Positions 30,390-40,669 of a stretch of DNA of 64,000 nucleotides are shown here, in pieces. The stretch's first letter is position 1. The number at the start of each line of letters is the position of its first letter. Position numbers and translations under genes: made by a program. Where the stretch lies: contig OZ220695.1 in the NCBI GenBank assembly GCA_965116545.1, positions 2,632,408 to 2,696,407 of the forward strand. Reading direction: 5' to 3'. The DNA is from Tepidiformaceae bacterium. GTDB taxonomy: Bacteria > Chloroflexota > Dehalococcoidia > Tepidiformales > Tepidiformaceae. Below the pieces are notes generated by a model that saw only the letters and a list, made by a program, of their open reading frames with translations, was not told the origin of the DNA and made no database searches.

Positions 30390-33112
30390 CGGTCAAGCCA
30401 CTCCCGCGTGCGCGCCGCCATCGTCTCGATGTCCGCGTGCAGCCGGGTGCACTGGGGAATCGCCTCGAGGAACTCGCGGCCGTACCGCTTCGTGCGGACA
30501 CGGCTGTCGAGCACTGCCACCACACCCTGGTCCTCCCGGTCCCGGATCAGCCGTCCGAACCCCTGCCGGAAGCGCAGGACCGCCCCCGGCAGCGAATACC
30601 CGCCGAACGGGTCGTCGTACAGCTCCGAGCGCGCCCGGTGGATCGGGTCAGTCGGCACCGCGAAGGGCAGCCGCGCGATGACCACGAGCGAGAGCGTGTC
30701 CCCGCGGATGTCGATGCCTTCCCAGAAGCTGGATGTGCCGAAGATGACGGTGCGGGGGTCCTGCACCAGGTTGCGGATGAGCTGGCGCGGGGCGCCGTCG
30801 CGGTCCTGCACGAGCACGCTGATGCCTTCCCCTTCGAGCGCCCCCCGCGAGAGCTCCGCCACCCGCCGCAGGGAGGCATGCGAGGTGAACAGCGCCAGCG
30901 CCCTCCCGCCCGAGGCAAGCGCCAGCTCCGTGATCGCTTCCGCTGCGGCCTCGTCGTAGTCCCGGTTGCCTGGGTCGGGGAAGCCGGTGGGAGTGGCCAG
31001 CAGCGTCGAGCGTTCGTAGTCGAAGGGCGACCCCATCGCCAGCGTGGCCGCGTCGGGCAGGCCCATCTGGTTCGCCGTGAACGCCATGGAGCCTCCCGCT
31101 GCCAGCGTCGCGCTCGTCGCGATGACCGTCGCCCGTCCCGCGAACAGCTCCGCCTCCAGCAGCGGCCCCACCTCCAGCGGCGCGGAGTTGAGCGCCGCGT
31201 TCCCGTCCCGTGTGGTCGATGCCCACACGATCGCGTTCGGGTCGTTCCCCTCGACGAGGTGCTGGAGGTCCAGCCGCACCCCCTCGAGCCGCCCCGCTGC
31301 CGCCTCCAGCTCCTCCCCCGCCGTCCCCCCGTCCTCGCCGCCAAACAGCCCCGCCGCCGCCCGACTGCTCTCGACGGCGTTCGCGAGGGCCGCATCGAGC
31401 GTTGTCCACCCCTCCTCCACCTCCCCCCAGTGCGTGCCCGAGCGCACCCCCGGCGTGATGCTCACGCGGTCGTCGCGCGACTCCCCGGCGAGCTTCCCCA
31501 GCGCCTCGAAGGGGCGCCCCGCAACCTCCGCCGCCCCGGCGATCGCCGCCTTGAGGGCGCTCGCCGCCCCCGCCCCCAGCGCCTCCGGCAGGCCGCTCGT
31601 CGCCACCACACCGCCTTCCCGCCGCTCCGAGGTCCGTGGCCGGTGGATCGCTTCGAGCGCCTCCGTTACCTGCCTTGCGCCGATGTGCAGCCCGAACTGC
31701 TGCGTCGCCTGCGCCTCGAGGTTGTGCGCCTCGTCGATGATGAGGTGGTCGAACGCGGGAATGGCGCTCCCACCGCTGGCGAGGTCGGCCAGCAGCAGGG
31801 CGTGGTTGACCACCACCAGGTGCGCCCCCTCCGCCGTCTTTCGCGCCCGCTGGAGGAAGCAGCGCCCCTCCCGCACGAACGTGTGCTGCCGCGAGAGGCA
31901 GTCGGCGTCCGATGCCGAGAAGCGCGCCCAGGCCGATCGCGCCCCCGGGTCCAGGCGCAGCTCCGAACGGTCGCCGCTGTGCGTCTTCGGCAGCCAGCGC
32001 GCCAGCGATGCCGCCAGCCGTGCCACGTCGGGGTCGGCCAGGCTCGCCGGGTGATTCATCCAGCGCTGCACGCACAGGTAGTTCGCGCGGCCCTTCAGGA
32101 GCGCCACCCGCAGCTCCTCCGGCTCCCCGATGGCGCCCGCCTCGCGCAGGATCTCGCGCAGGGCGGGCACGTCCTTCCCCAGCAGCTGCTCCTGCAGCGC
32201 GATCGTGTTTGTCGAGATGACCACGCGCGTGCCGTTGCGCAGCGCGTAGAGCGCCGCCGGGATCAGGTACGCGAGCGACTTGCCCACGCCCGTGCCCGCC
32301 TCGATCAGCCAGTGCCCCCCGTCCGAGAACGCCCCCGCGACCGCCTCGGCCATCTCCGCCTGCTGCGGGCGCTCCTCGAACCGCTCGACTACCCGCGCCG
32401 CCCCCGCCAGCGCCTCCCGCACCTCCTCCGTCGTGACCGGCTCGGGCGTCTCCGCGCGCGCCAGCGGTTCCGGCGGCTGCCAGCGCTCCGGGAGCGCCGG
32501 CGCCTCGAATTCGTCGCCGGCCGCTTCCTCCCCTCCTAGCTCGCGTGCAAGTTCGGGTTCGTCCAGCGCCACGATCCGCGCAAGCGAGACTCGCTCCGCC
32601 GGTGGCAACGCCGCCGCCCGCCGCCGCAGTTCCAGGAACACCGACGCAGCCGTGCGCGCGTCGGCGAGGGCGCGGTGCGCGACCGGCATCTCCACGCCGA
32701 GCTCCGCCGCCAGGTCCGAGAGCGCCCCCGGCCCCTCCGGGAAGAGGACGCGCGCGAACCGCAGCGTATCCAGCGCCGGCCCCTTGAACTCCACGCCCGC
32801 CTCCGCCAGGAAGGCCAGGTCGAAGCGCACGTTCTGCCCGACCACCGCGCTCTCCCCCACGAAGGCCGCCAGATCGTTAGCGATCTCGCCGAACGCCGGC
32901 GCCCCCCGCACGTCCTCGTTCGTGATCCCCGTCAGCTTCTCCGTGAACGCTGGAATCGCCCGCCCGGGGTTGATTAGCTGGTCGAACACGGCCAGCTCGC
33001 GCCCCGTCTCGTCGAAGCGCAGCGCTCCGATCTCGGTAATCCGGTCATCCGTCGGGTCCAGGCCCGTCGTCTCGATGTCGAGTGCGACATAGGTGCGTTG
33101 TAAATCGAACAT
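30386..33112 (-). CDS. dinG: Bifunctional DnaQ-like 3'-5' exonuclease / DinG-family ATP-dependent DNA helicase
   Basis: N-terminal Exo motifs (ALDIETTGL, ITEIGA, ALADAR region). Helicase Walker A-like EAGTGVGKSLAY and a DEAH box IIDEAHNLE. C-terminal DinG/Rad3 blocks (LALFTSH, FWEGIDIRGD). Confidence 0.9.
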   Translation of the reverse strand: MFDLQRTYVALDIETTGLDPTDDRITEIGALRFDETGRELAVFDQLINPGRAIPAFTEKLTGITNEDVRGAPAFGEIANDLAAFVGESAVVGQNVRFDLAFLAEAGVEFKGPALDTLRFARVLFPEGPGALSDLAAELGVEMPVAHRALADARTAASVFLELRRRAAALPPAERVSLARIVALDEPELARELGGEEAAGDEFEAPALPERWQPPEPLARAETPEPVTTEEVREALAGAARVVERFEERPQQAEMAEAVAGAFSDGGHWLIEAGTGVGKSLAYLIPAALYALRNGTRVVISTNTIALQEQLLGKDVPALREILREAGAIGEPEELRVALLKGRANYLCVQRWMNHPASLADPDVARLAASLARWLPKTHSGDRSELRLDPGARSAWARFSASDADCLSRQHTFVREGRCFLQRARKTAEGAHLVVVNHALLLADLASGGSAIPAFDHLIIDEAHNLEAQATQQFGLHIGARQVTEALEAIHRPRTSERREGGVVATSGLPEALGAGAASALKAAIAGAAEVAGRPFEALGKLAGESRDDRVSITPGVRSGTHWGEVEEGWTTLDAALANAVESSRAAAGLFGGEDGGTAGEELEAAAGRLEGVRLDLQHLVEGNDPNAIVWASTTRDGNAALNSAPLEVGPLLEAELFAGRATVIATSATLAAGGSMAFTANQMGLPDAATLAMGSPFDYERSTLLATPTGFPDPGNRDYDEAAAEAITELALASGGRALALFTSHASLRRVAELSRGALEGEGISVLVQDRDGAPRQLIRNLVQDPRTVIFGTSSFWEGIDIRGDTLSLVVIARLPFAVPTDPIHRARSELYDDPFGGYSLPGAVLRFRQGFGRLIRDREDQGVVAVLDSRVRTKRYGREFLEAIPQCTRLHADIETMAARTREWLDR

Positions 33113-33223
33113 GCGTGCGACCGGAGTCTACAGGAGGCGCCCTCGATCTGCCGCCGCAAGGGCCCCCCGAACGCGTAGAATCGCGCCCCAATCCCCGGCC
33201 CCAGCGGCCACGAGGCGCCCACG

Positions 33224-35275
33224 ATGAAGCTCTACTCCTCCGAAGACATCCGCAACGTTGTTCTCGCCGGTCACGGCAACGTCGGCAAGACGACGCTCGG
33301 CGAGTCGGCCCTGTTCGTGAGCGGGGCGGTGACGCGGATGGGCTCCATCGAGGAGCAGAACACCGTCGGCGACTACGACGAGGACGAGCACCGGCGCAAG
33401 TTCAGCCTCAACCTCTCCGTCCTCCCCGTCGAGTGGAACGGCGCCAAGATCAACCTGATCGACACACCCGGTTACGCCGACTTCGTCTCGGAGGTCATCT
33501 GCGGCGTGCGCGCCGCCGACCTCGCCCTCATCGTCGTCGACGCCGTTTCTGGTCCTGAGGTCGGGACCGACCGCGTCTGGCAGATCGCCGAGGAGCGCGG
33601 CCTCCCGCGGATGATCCTCGTCAATCGCCTCGACCGTGAAAACGCCGACTTCAACATCGTGCTCAACGCTCTCCGCGAGAAGTGGGGGACGGCCGTCGCC
33701 CCTCTCTTCCTCCCCATCGGCCAGAGCCACGACCTCGGCGGTGTCATCGACCTGCTTGCCATGAAGGCCTACCTCGGCGAAGGCGGCGAGCCCGGCGAGG
33801 TGCCCGCCGAGTTGCAGGAGACCGCCGACGAGCTGCGCTCGGCCCTCATCGAGAGCATCGTCGAGAACGACGAAGACCTCATGATGAAGTACTTCGAGGA
33901 CGAGGAGATCACTGCCGAGGAGCTCCACGGCGCGCTCCGCACGGCCCTCGCCGCGGGCGACATCGTGCCCCTGCTCTGCGCCTCCGCCACCCACCAGGTC
34001 GGCGTCCGTCAGGTGCTCGATACCCTCGTCGCCGTCGCCCCCAGCCCCCTCCAGCGCGAGGTGGTCGACGGAGACGGCGGCAGCCTTGACGTGGGCGATG
34101 ACGCCTCGCCCGCCGTCCTCGTCTTCAAGACCTCCGCCGACCCCTACGTCGGCCGCCTCAGCTACCTCCGCGTCATGACCGGAACCGTCAAGGCCGACAG
34201 CCACCTCTGGAACAGCAGCAAGTCGTCCGACGAGCGCCTCGGCACCATCTACCGCCAGCGCGGTAAGGACCAGGAGCCGGTCGAGGGGCTGTCCCCCGGC
34301 GACATCGGCGTCGTCGCCAAGCTGAGCGAGACGGGTACGGGCGATACGCTCGCCACCAAGGCCACGCCCGTCCAGCTCCCCACCATGATCTTCCCCGAGC
34401 CCGTCTACAGCATGGCCGTGCGCCCGGCCGCCAACGCCGCCGTCGATAAGCTCGGCCCCAGCCTCCAGCGCCTCGTCGAGGAAGACCCCGGCCTCCGCCT
34501 CCGCCGCGACGCCAGCACCAGCGAGACCATCCTTGAGGGTCTGGGCGACGCCCACCTTGACGTGGCCGTCGGGCGCCTCCTGCAGAAATTCAACATTGAG
34601 GTTGACCTCTCCCTGCCGCGCGTCCCCTACCGCGAAACGGTCGGCCGCTCCTCCTCCGCCGACTACACCCACAAGAAGCAGACCGGTGGGCACGGGCAGT
34701 ACGCCCGCGTCTCCATCGAGATCAAGCCCCTGTCGCGGGGCTCGGGCCTGCAGTTCAACAGTAAGGTCGTGGGCGGCTCCGTGCCCCGCGAGTTCATCCC
34801 CGCCGTCGAGAAGGGCGTCATGGAGACTGCCCGCGAGGGCGTGGTCGCCGGCTACGAGTTGACCGACTGCGAGGTCACGCTCTTCGACGGCAAGCACCAC
34901 CCCGTCGACTCAAGCGAGATGGCGTTCAAGCTTGCCGCTAACCAGGCCCTCAAGGAGGCCGTGGCGAGCGCCCATGCCGTCCTCCTCGAGCCGGTCATGA
35001 CCATCCGTGTTCGCGGTCCCGAGGCGAACGCGGGGGACATCGTCGGCGACCTCAATACGAAGCGGGCGCGCATCCACGGCATCGTGCCCGATGGTGGCCT
35101 GAGCGTTGTCGAAGCCGACGTGCCCCTCGCCGAGGTCCAGCGCTACGCCTCCGACCTGCGCTCGCTGACGCAGGGGCGCGGCCTCTTCGAACTCCAGTTT
35201 GATCGCTACGAGGAAGTCCCCGGCAACGTCGCCCAGCGCGTCATCGACGCCAGCAACGACGCCGACTCCGCCTAG
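33224..35275 (+). CDS. Elongation factor G paralog (EF-G2-like)
   Basis: 683 aa with five-domain EF-G architecture. G1 AGHGNVGKTT, G3 DTPGYADF, a G4-like NRLD, plus domain IV/V blocks (HKKQTGGHGQYA, LLEPVM). Not in an rpsL-rpsG-fusA-tuf context. Confidence 0.85.
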   Translation: MKLYSSEDIRNVVLAGHGNVGKTTLGESALFVSGAVTRMGSIEEQNTVGDYDEDEHRRKFSLNLSVLPVEWNGAKINLIDTPGYADFVSEVICGVRAADLALIVVDAVSGPEVGTDRVWQIAEERGLPRMILVNRLDRENADFNIVLNALREKWGTAVAPLFLPIGQSHDLGGVIDLLAMKAYLGEGGEPGEVPAELQETADELRSALIESIVENDEDLMMKYFEDEEITAEELHGALRTALAAGDIVPLLCASATHQVGVRQVLDTLVAVAPSPLQREVVDGDGGSLDVGDDASPAVLVFKTSADPYVGRLSYLRVMTGTVKADSHLWNSSKSSDERLGTIYRQRGKDQEPVEGLSPGDIGVVAKLSETGTGDTLATKATPVQLPTMIFPEPVYSMAVRPAANAAVDKLGPSLQRLVEEDPGLRLRRDASTSETILEGLGDAHLDVAVGRLLQKFNIEVDLSLPRVPYRETVGRSSSADYTHKKQTGGHGQYARVSIEIKPLSRGSGLQFNSKVVGGSVPREFIPAVEKGVMETAREGVVAGYELTDCEVTLFDGKHHPVDSSEMAFKLAANQALKEAVASAHAVLLEPVMTIRVRGPEANAGDIVGDLNTKRARIHGIVPDGGLSVVEADVPLAEVQRYASDLRSLTQGRGLFELQFDRYEEVPGNVAQRVIDASNDADSA

Positions 35276-35278
35276 CGG

Positions 35279-35938
35279 CTAGCCGTTCTCCCGCAGCCAG
35301 CGAGCGGCCGCCCGGACCGCCTGGCCCCGGTGGCTGACGGCGTCCTTCTCCTCGGCCGTGAGGTCGGCGGCGCTGCGGCCCCCGGGTGTGCGAAAGATGG
35401 GGTCGTAGCCGAAGCCGTTCGCGCCCCGCGTCTCGTGCCCGAGCGACCCCTCCCACGTCCCCTGGAAGCGCTCGATGCGTCCGTCCGGCCAGGCTACCGC
35501 GACAACCGCGCGGTAACGCGCCCCGCGCTCATCATCGGGCACGTCGCGCATTTCGCGCAGCATGAGGTCCGTGCGGCCGGCGTCATCGAGGCCGGGACCG
35601 CCGTAGCGGGCCGAGAGTGGCCCCGGCCCGCCCCCGAGCGCGTCCACCTCGATGCCCGAGTCGTCTGCCAGGGCAATGCACTGCCCCGCCTCGGCGAAGG
35701 CGTGCGCCTTCAGGGTCGCGTTCTCGGCGTAGCCGTCGCCGTCTTCCACCACGTCGAGGGAGATGCCCAGATCCGCCGGTGTCACCACATCGAACGGCTC
35801 GCGGGCGAGCAGGCGCCGCATTTCGCGGACCTTGCCCGGATTGTTCGTCGCCAGCAGCAGTCGGGTCACGGGAGAAGGAGCGCCCTGCGCCTCAATGGCC
35901 GTGGTCGTCGTCCTCGGACTCGGGGTAGTCCGAGTCAT
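35279..35938 (-). CDS. rdgB: Non-canonical purine NTP pyrophosphatase RdgB/HAM1
   Basis: LLLATNNPGKVREM, DDSGIEVDALGGGPG and GANGFGYDPIF. The true start may be GTG at 35869 (VTRLLLATNN), which would shorten the overlap with the upstream gene. Confidence 0.88.
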   Translation of the reverse strand: MTRTTPSPRTTTTAIEAQGAPSPVTRLLLATNNPGKVREMRRLLAREPFDVVTPADLGISLDVVEDGDGYAENATLKAHAFAEAGQCIALADDSGIEVDALGGGPGPLSARYGGPGLDDAGRTDLMLREMRDVPDDERGARYRAVVAVAWPDGRIERFQGTWEGSLGHETRGANGFGYDPIFRTPGGRSAADLTAEEKDAVSHRGQAVRAAARWLRENG

Positions 35939-36245
35939 CCTCCGGGAGCGTCCGGCTTGCGATCACGCTGATCGGGGCGGTCCACGCTCCCGGCTTCAAT
36001 TCGAAGCCGCCAAGCTCGCGCTTCAGCAGGTAGAGGACACCCAGCGCCCCGCAGAAGAGGAGCACCCCCACGATCGACCAAATCAGCGGCGGCACCACGT
36101 CTCGGCCCGCCTCCGCCTCCTGGGCGGCGGGCACTGCGGCCTCCGTGAACGGGGTCGCGTCGAGTGCGAGAAGCGGTGCGCTGGCGGCCAGCGCGAGCAC
36201 GCCCGCGAGGGCGGCCGGAGCGATCAATCGAGTCAGGGTGCGCAT
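35892..36245 (-). CDS. Small membrane protein with signal peptide, one TM helix and an acidic tail
   Basis: MRTLTRLIAPAALAGVLALAASAP signal-like N-terminus. TM helix LIWSIVGVLLFCGALGVLYLL. Tail DDSDYPESEDDDHGH. ATG 36245 chosen. Confidence 0.5.
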   Translation of the reverse strand: MRTLTRLIAPAALAGVLALAASAPLLALDATPFTEAAVPAAQEAEAGRDVVPPLIWSIVGVLLFCGALGVLYLLKRELGGFELKPGAWTAPISVIASRTLPEDDSDYPESEDDDHGH

Positions 36246-36288
36246 GTCGGCGAGTCTACGGGCCGCCGTGCGCGGGTCAAGCTGGCGC

Positions 36289-37350
36289 CTACAGCCCCAG
36301 CGCCCTCCCCACCCCTTCGAGGGTGGCGGTCGCCCGCACCACATCCGGGACGGTGTGCGCCTCAGCCGTCTCCGGGTCCTTCAGGCCCGACCCCGTCAGT
36401 ACCGCCACCATCCGTCCGCCCCGCAGCGCGCCCTCCCGATCCAGCTTCCGCAGACCCGCCACGCTGGCCGCGCTGGCGGGCTCCACGAACAGCCCCTCCG
36501 AGCCTGCCAGCAACCGGTAGGCGTCCAGGATCTCATCGTCGCTCACGGCGTTGATGAGCCCGTTGCTCTCGTCGCGCGCCTGCTCGGCGGGTTTCCAGCT
36601 CGCCGGTTTCCCGATGCGGATGGCGGTCGCCACCGTCTGCGGGTCGGCCACCGGCTCACCGCGCACGATCGGCGCCGCTCCCTCCGCCTGGAACCCCAGC
36701 ATCCGCGGGTGCAGGCTCGCGAGGTCGCGTTCCGCGCACTCGACGAACCCCTTCCAGTAGGCGGTGATGTTGCCCGCGTTCCCCACGGGAATGGCGAGCG
36801 CGTCGGGCGCGTCGCCCAGCGTCTCGCAGATCTCGTAGGCGGCCGTCTTTTGCCCCTCGATGCGGTCGGGGTTGACCGAGTTCACGAGCGCGATCGGGTG
36901 GGTGTCCGCCACCGAGCGCGCCAGTGTGAGCGCCTCATCGAAGCTCCCCTCGATCTCCACGATGCGCGCCCCGAAAGCGACCGCCTGCGCGAGCTTCCCC
37001 ACGGCTACCCGCCCGTGGGGCACGAGGATGCTCGCCTCGAGCCCGCAGCGGGCTGCGTAGGCCGCTGCGCTCGCGCTGGTATTGCCCGTGCTCGCGCAGA
37101 GCACCGCCCTCGCGCCACGCTCCATCGCCTTCGCCACCGCCACCACCATCCCCCGGTCCTTGAACGAGCCCGTGGGATTCGAGCTCTCCAGCTTGAACCA
37201 GAGCTCGTCCAGCCCCAGCTCCCGCTCGATCGCGACGGAACGCACGAGGGGCGTATCGCCCTCGCCCAGGGTGATGCGGGGTGTCTGCGGGGTGATGGGC
37301 AGGATCTCAGCCCAGCGGGCCAACACCCCGAGGCGCTGCGGCTCGCTCAC
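36289..37350 (-). CDS. thrC: Threonine synthase
   Basis: LGEGDTPLV, and [11 protein letters not shown] carrying the PLP Lys. 353 aa. Confidence 0.94.
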   Translation of the reverse strand: MSEPQRLGVLARWAEILPITPQTPRITLGEGDTPLVRSVAIERELGLDELWFKLESSNPTGSFKDRGMVVAVAKAMERGARAVLCASTGNTSASAAAYAARCGLEASILVPHGRVAVGKLAQAVAFGARIVEIEGSFDEALTLARSVADTHPIALVNSVNPDRIEGQKTAAYEICETLGDAPDALAIPVGNAGNITAYWKGFVECAERDLASLHPRMLGFQAEGAAPIVRGEPVADPQTVATAIRIGKPASWKPAEQARDESNGLINAVSDDEILDAYRLLAGSEGLFVEPASAASVAGLRKLDREGALRGGRMVAVLTGSGLKDPETAEAHTVPDVVRATATLEGVGRALGL

Positions 37351-38354
37351 GGCTCGTCGGGCGGACGGAGCGAGTGGAACTTCATTTCCCGCAGCTCCTG
37401 CTCAAGCGCGTCGATCTGGCGCTTTCGCGACCGCTCCTGCATGTCGCTGAATCGCGTGAACTCCTCACGCACGTGGTCCACCATCTCTGAAATGTCACGC
37501 CGGATCAGGCCCACGCGCTCGCTCAGGCCGGAGTGACGCCCGTCCAGCAACGCCGTCGCGCTCCGCGCCTCATCGAGCTCCCGGGCAAGGTTGTCCACCG
37601 CCCCCTCGACCCTGCTCACCTGCGCCTCGATGCGCTCCTGCTCATCGCGCCGGCGCCCCATCTCCGCGTGCACTTCCTCGCCCAGTTGCTGTTCCGAGCG
37701 GAGCGCCTCGATCGCCTCCTCCGCCCGGTGCGACAGCTCCCCCAGTATCTGCAGCCGCTCGTGGATGATCTCCAGGGGGCGCTCCTGTGCGGCCTGGGCC
37801 GCGGCCACCACCCGTACCTCGACCTCCTCGGTCACCTCGGTCAGGCGTTGCAACCGCAGCTCGAACTGCTCGTTCTGCTGGCGCACTTCCCGCTGCCAGT
37901 CCGTGAGAACACTCAGCGACTGCCCCAGCTGCTCCAGCTTCGATTCGCGCGCTGCAGCCTCGGAGGTGAGCAGTTCAAGGCGGTCATCGAGCCCGTCCAG
38001 GCGTCGCAGGGCCTCCCGCAGCTCGCGGCTGGCCACCAGCGCTTCGGCGTCGCGGGTGCGCTCGTTCGTCTCCAGCGTCGCCCGTGCCTCGGTAAGGGCC
38101 GTGCGCATCTGCTCGGCGTCCTGCGCGATCTCCGTGACCTTCTGCGGAAGCCCCTGGTAGCGCGTGATTGTCGTCTCGATCTGCCTCGTCGCCCTGCCCT
38201 GCTCCTCGTCCTGCTCCATCGCAGCCTGGATCTGCCGGCGAAGCTGCGTCAGCTCGCGCGCCATCGCTTCGTTCGCCTCGCGCTGGGCGCGGGTTTCCCC
38301 CTCCAGCAGGACCAGTGTCTCCTCGATTGAACGAAGCGCCGGTTCGGAGGTCAT
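37347..38354 (-). CDS. Coiled-coil protein of unknown function, translationally coupled between hom and thrC
   Basis: 335 aa from ATG 38354 ([14 protein letters not shown]...). Almost entirely E/R/Q/L/A heptad-like sequence, with no TM or catalytic motif. 4-nt overlaps with the hom stop and the thrC start. Confidence 0.65.
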   Translation of the reverse strand: MTSEPALRSIEETLVLLEGETRAQREANEAMARELTQLRRQIQAAMEQDEEQGRATRQIETTITRYQGLPQKVTEIAQDAEQMRTALTEARATLETNERTRDAEALVASRELREALRRLDGLDDRLELLTSEAAARESKLEQLGQSLSVLTDWQREVRQQNEQFELRLQRLTEVTEEVEVRVVAAAQAAQERPLEIIHERLQILGELSHRAEEAIEALRSEQQLGEEVHAEMGRRRDEQERIEAQVSRVEGAVDNLARELDEARSATALLDGRHSGLSERVGLIRRDISEMVDHVREEFTRFSDMQERSRKRQIDALEQELREMKFHSLRPPDEP

Positions 38355-39649
38355 GTGGCGGCCTCCACGCGCAGCATCGTATCCACATCCCGCACTTCCG
38401 GAAGACTCCGCAGCGTCTCGATCGCCGCTGCAAGCGCCAGCTCGCGAGCGCGATGCGTCATCAGCGCCAGCTCCGCCGTGCCCCGCTCCTCGTCCGTCTC
38501 GCGCTGATCCACAGCTGCGATACTGACCTGCGCCTCTCCGAGGACGCGCGCGATCTGCGCGAGCACGCCGGGCTGATCGACAACCGTCATGCGCAGATAG
38601 TAGCGCGTCTCCAGTGCCCCCAGCCCGAGTGTCTCGCCGTTTCGCCATGCACCGGGGTCCCAGCGCGGCTGCGATCCCTCCGCCAGCGACCGTGCGATGT
38701 CGAGCACATCGGCGAGCACGGCGCTCGTCGTGGGCGCCGCCCCGGCCCCCGCTCCCTGGAAGGTGAGCGTGCCCGCAAGGTCGCCCTGGATCTGTGCTGC
38801 GTTCTGCACGCCGTCGACGCGCGCGAGCGGTTCCGACTCCGGCAGCAGCGCCGGGTGGACGCGCGCCAGCACGCCGTCCTCGTGCCGCTCTGCGATGGCC
38901 AGCAGCTTGATTACGTAGCCCAGCTCGCGGGCGTACTGGAAGTCCTGGGGGGCCAGCGATCGGATGCCCTCGGTCGCTACCGACTCGGGCGGCACGTAGG
39001 TTCCGAATGCGAGCCCCGCCATCAGCGCGATCTTGAAGGCCGCGTCGAATCCGTCCACGTCGTTCGTCGGGTCGGGCTCCGCGTAGCCCAGCTCCTGCGC
39101 CTCCGCGAGTGCGTCCTCGAAGCTGTCGCCGCGCTGGGCCATGTTCGTCAGGATGAAGTTCGTCGTCCCGTTGATGATCGCCCGGATGGCGACCACGCGG
39201 TTCGCCGGCAGGTCTCGCAGCAGCGGCGAGATGACGGGGATGCCGCCCCCCACGCTCGCCTCGAAGCGCAGCGAGGCCCCGTTGTCGCGTGCCAGGTCGA
39301 ATAGCTCCGGTCCCGCCTTCGCGATCAGTTCCTTGTTCGCCGAGACGACGTGCTTGCCCCCTGCCAGCGCCCGCCGTACGTAGTCGCCCGCGTCCCCGTC
39401 CCCGCCGATCACCTCCACCACGATGTCCACGGAGGGGTCGTCCAGCACTTCCTCCGCGTCGCCCGTGAGCACGCCTTCCGGCAGGTCGATGCCTCGCGCC
39501 CGGGCCGGATCCTTCACGGCCACGCGGCGCAGCGCCAGCGACGCGCCCGTCTGCTCGCGGAACGCGCCGGCGCGCTCCAGCAGCGTCGCCACCACCTTCT
39601 CGCCTACGTTGCCCATGCCCAGGAAGCCGATGCCGATCTCGTTTGCCAC
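38351..39649 (-). CDS. hom: Homoserine dehydrogenase with C-terminal ACT domain
   Basis: IGFLGMGNVG NAD motif, VVSANKELIA, GTTNFILT, and an ACT-like tail (YYLRMTVVDQPGVLAQIARVLG). Confidence 0.94.
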   Translation of the reverse strand: MANEIGIGFLGMGNVGEKVVATLLERAGAFREQTGASLALRRVAVKDPARARGIDLPEGVLTGDAEEVLDDPSVDIVVEVIGGDGDAGDYVRRALAGGKHVVSANKELIAKAGPELFDLARDNGASLRFEASVGGGIPVISPLLRDLPANRVVAIRAIINGTTNFILTNMAQRGDSFEDALAEAQELGYAEPDPTNDVDGFDAAFKIALMAGLAFGTYVPPESVATEGIRSLAPQDFQYARELGYVIKLLAIAERHEDGVLARVHPALLPESEPLARVDGVQNAAQIQGDLAGTLTFQGAGAGAAPTTSAVLADVLDIARSLAEGSQPRWDPGAWRNGETLGLGALETRYYLRMTVVDQPGVLAQIARVLGEAQVSIAAVDQRETDEERGTAELALMTHRARELALAAAIETLRSLPEVRDVDTMLRVEAAT

Positions 39650-39652
39650 GGT

Positions 39653-40657
39653 CTAGCTCGCCTTTTCGATCGCCCAGTCGGCGTCGTCCGTTGTGAAGTC
39701 GCGTTCGATTGTCACACGGGAGCGCGCCGCTTCGAGCGCCTCCGCGAAGCGGAGCTCAGTGAGCTCCGCGATGTGCTCGTCCGTGTAGGCGCCGGCGGAC
39801 TCGCGGCGCTCCAGGCGCATCACCCAGAACATCTCCCCCACTTCCACTGGCTCCAGGAGTACGTCTTCCTCGGCTGCCGCGAGCACTTCCTGCAGTTCTG
39901 CTTCCAGCAGGTCCGGGGGCGAGAGCAGCAGGCCGTCGTTCTGGCGCGACACCTCGTGCAGGGAGTCCAGCTGGGCAACGGTGCCCATGTCCTCGCCCTC
40001 CTCGATGCGCGCCCTCAGGGCCTCCGCCTCCTCCAGCGTTGCCGCCGTCACGACCCGGATGTGCAGCAGCGATCCCGTCTCGCCGACCTCCGTGCGCAGA
40101 GCCTCCCGCAACTGGCGTTCCGCCTCCCGGGCCTCAGCCTGGCGGCGGTAGTGCCCGTCGCTAAGCCCCGAGTCGCGCAGTGCGTCGCGGTAGCGGCTGT
40201 CGAACAGGCTTCCCCGCGAGGTATTCGGGGGCACCCCGAGCTCGAACGCGATAGCGGCCGTCACGTCATCCTCGCTCAGGGCGATTCCGCGCTCTGCTGC
40301 GGCCTCGAGCATGAGGCCTTCTTCCTCCAGTTGTGTGAGCAGCGCCTGCGTTACCAGCAGGCCGCTCCCCTGGGGATTGGTCCGGGCGAATTCAGGTAGC
40401 CGCGCCGCGTAGTAGGAGAGCGAGAAATCCTGCTCGCCCACCTGCAGCACGACCTTGCCGGGCTGCGCGATGCTGCTGTCGTACCAGTTGTAAGCGACGA
40501 GCGCCGCCACCACGAGCAGCGCCGCAACGGCCGTCCCGATGATCCCGTACCGCGCTGCCCGCTGCCGGAGCAGGCCCGTGCCCTCGCCCCCGCGCGCACC
40601 GCCACGCCGCCCGCGCTGGGCGACGGGCAGGCCCGTGGTGCGATCGCGGCGCGTCAT
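39653..40657 (-). CDS. Membrane-anchored SurA-N/parvulin-like chaperone-type protein
   Basis: Arg-rich N-terminus, TM helix IIGTAVAALLVVAALVAY, then a helical SurA-N-like region and a degenerate parvulin-like end (PVEVGEMFWVMRLERRE). Assignment is tentative. Confidence 0.45.
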   Translation of the reverse strand: MTRRDRTTGLPVAQRGRRGGARGGEGTGLLRQRAARYGIIGTAVAALLVVAALVAYNWYDSSIAQPGKVVLQVGEQDFSLSYYAARLPEFARTNPQGSGLLVTQALLTQLEEEGLMLEAAAERGIALSEDDVTAAIAFELGVPPNTSRGSLFDSRYRDALRDSGLSDGHYRRQAEAREAERQLREALRTEVGETGSLLHIRVVTAATLEEAEALRARIEEGEDMGTVAQLDSLHEVSRQNDGLLLSPPDLLEAELQEVLAAAEEDVLLEPVEVGEMFWVMRLERRESAGAYTDEHIAELTELRFAEALEAARSRVTIERDFTTDDADWAIEKAS

Positions 40658-40669
40658 CGGGGCGTGGCC

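Noticed and set aside
30371-32539. 722-aa plus-strand ORF, with 30648..32075 and 31044..32054
   Set aside because: Antisense or alternate frames of the dinG helicase gene, Arg/Pro-rich with no domains.
33128-34900. 590-aa minus-strand ORF
   Set aside because: Antisense to the EF-G paralog, whose GTPase and domain IV/V motifs are unambiguous.
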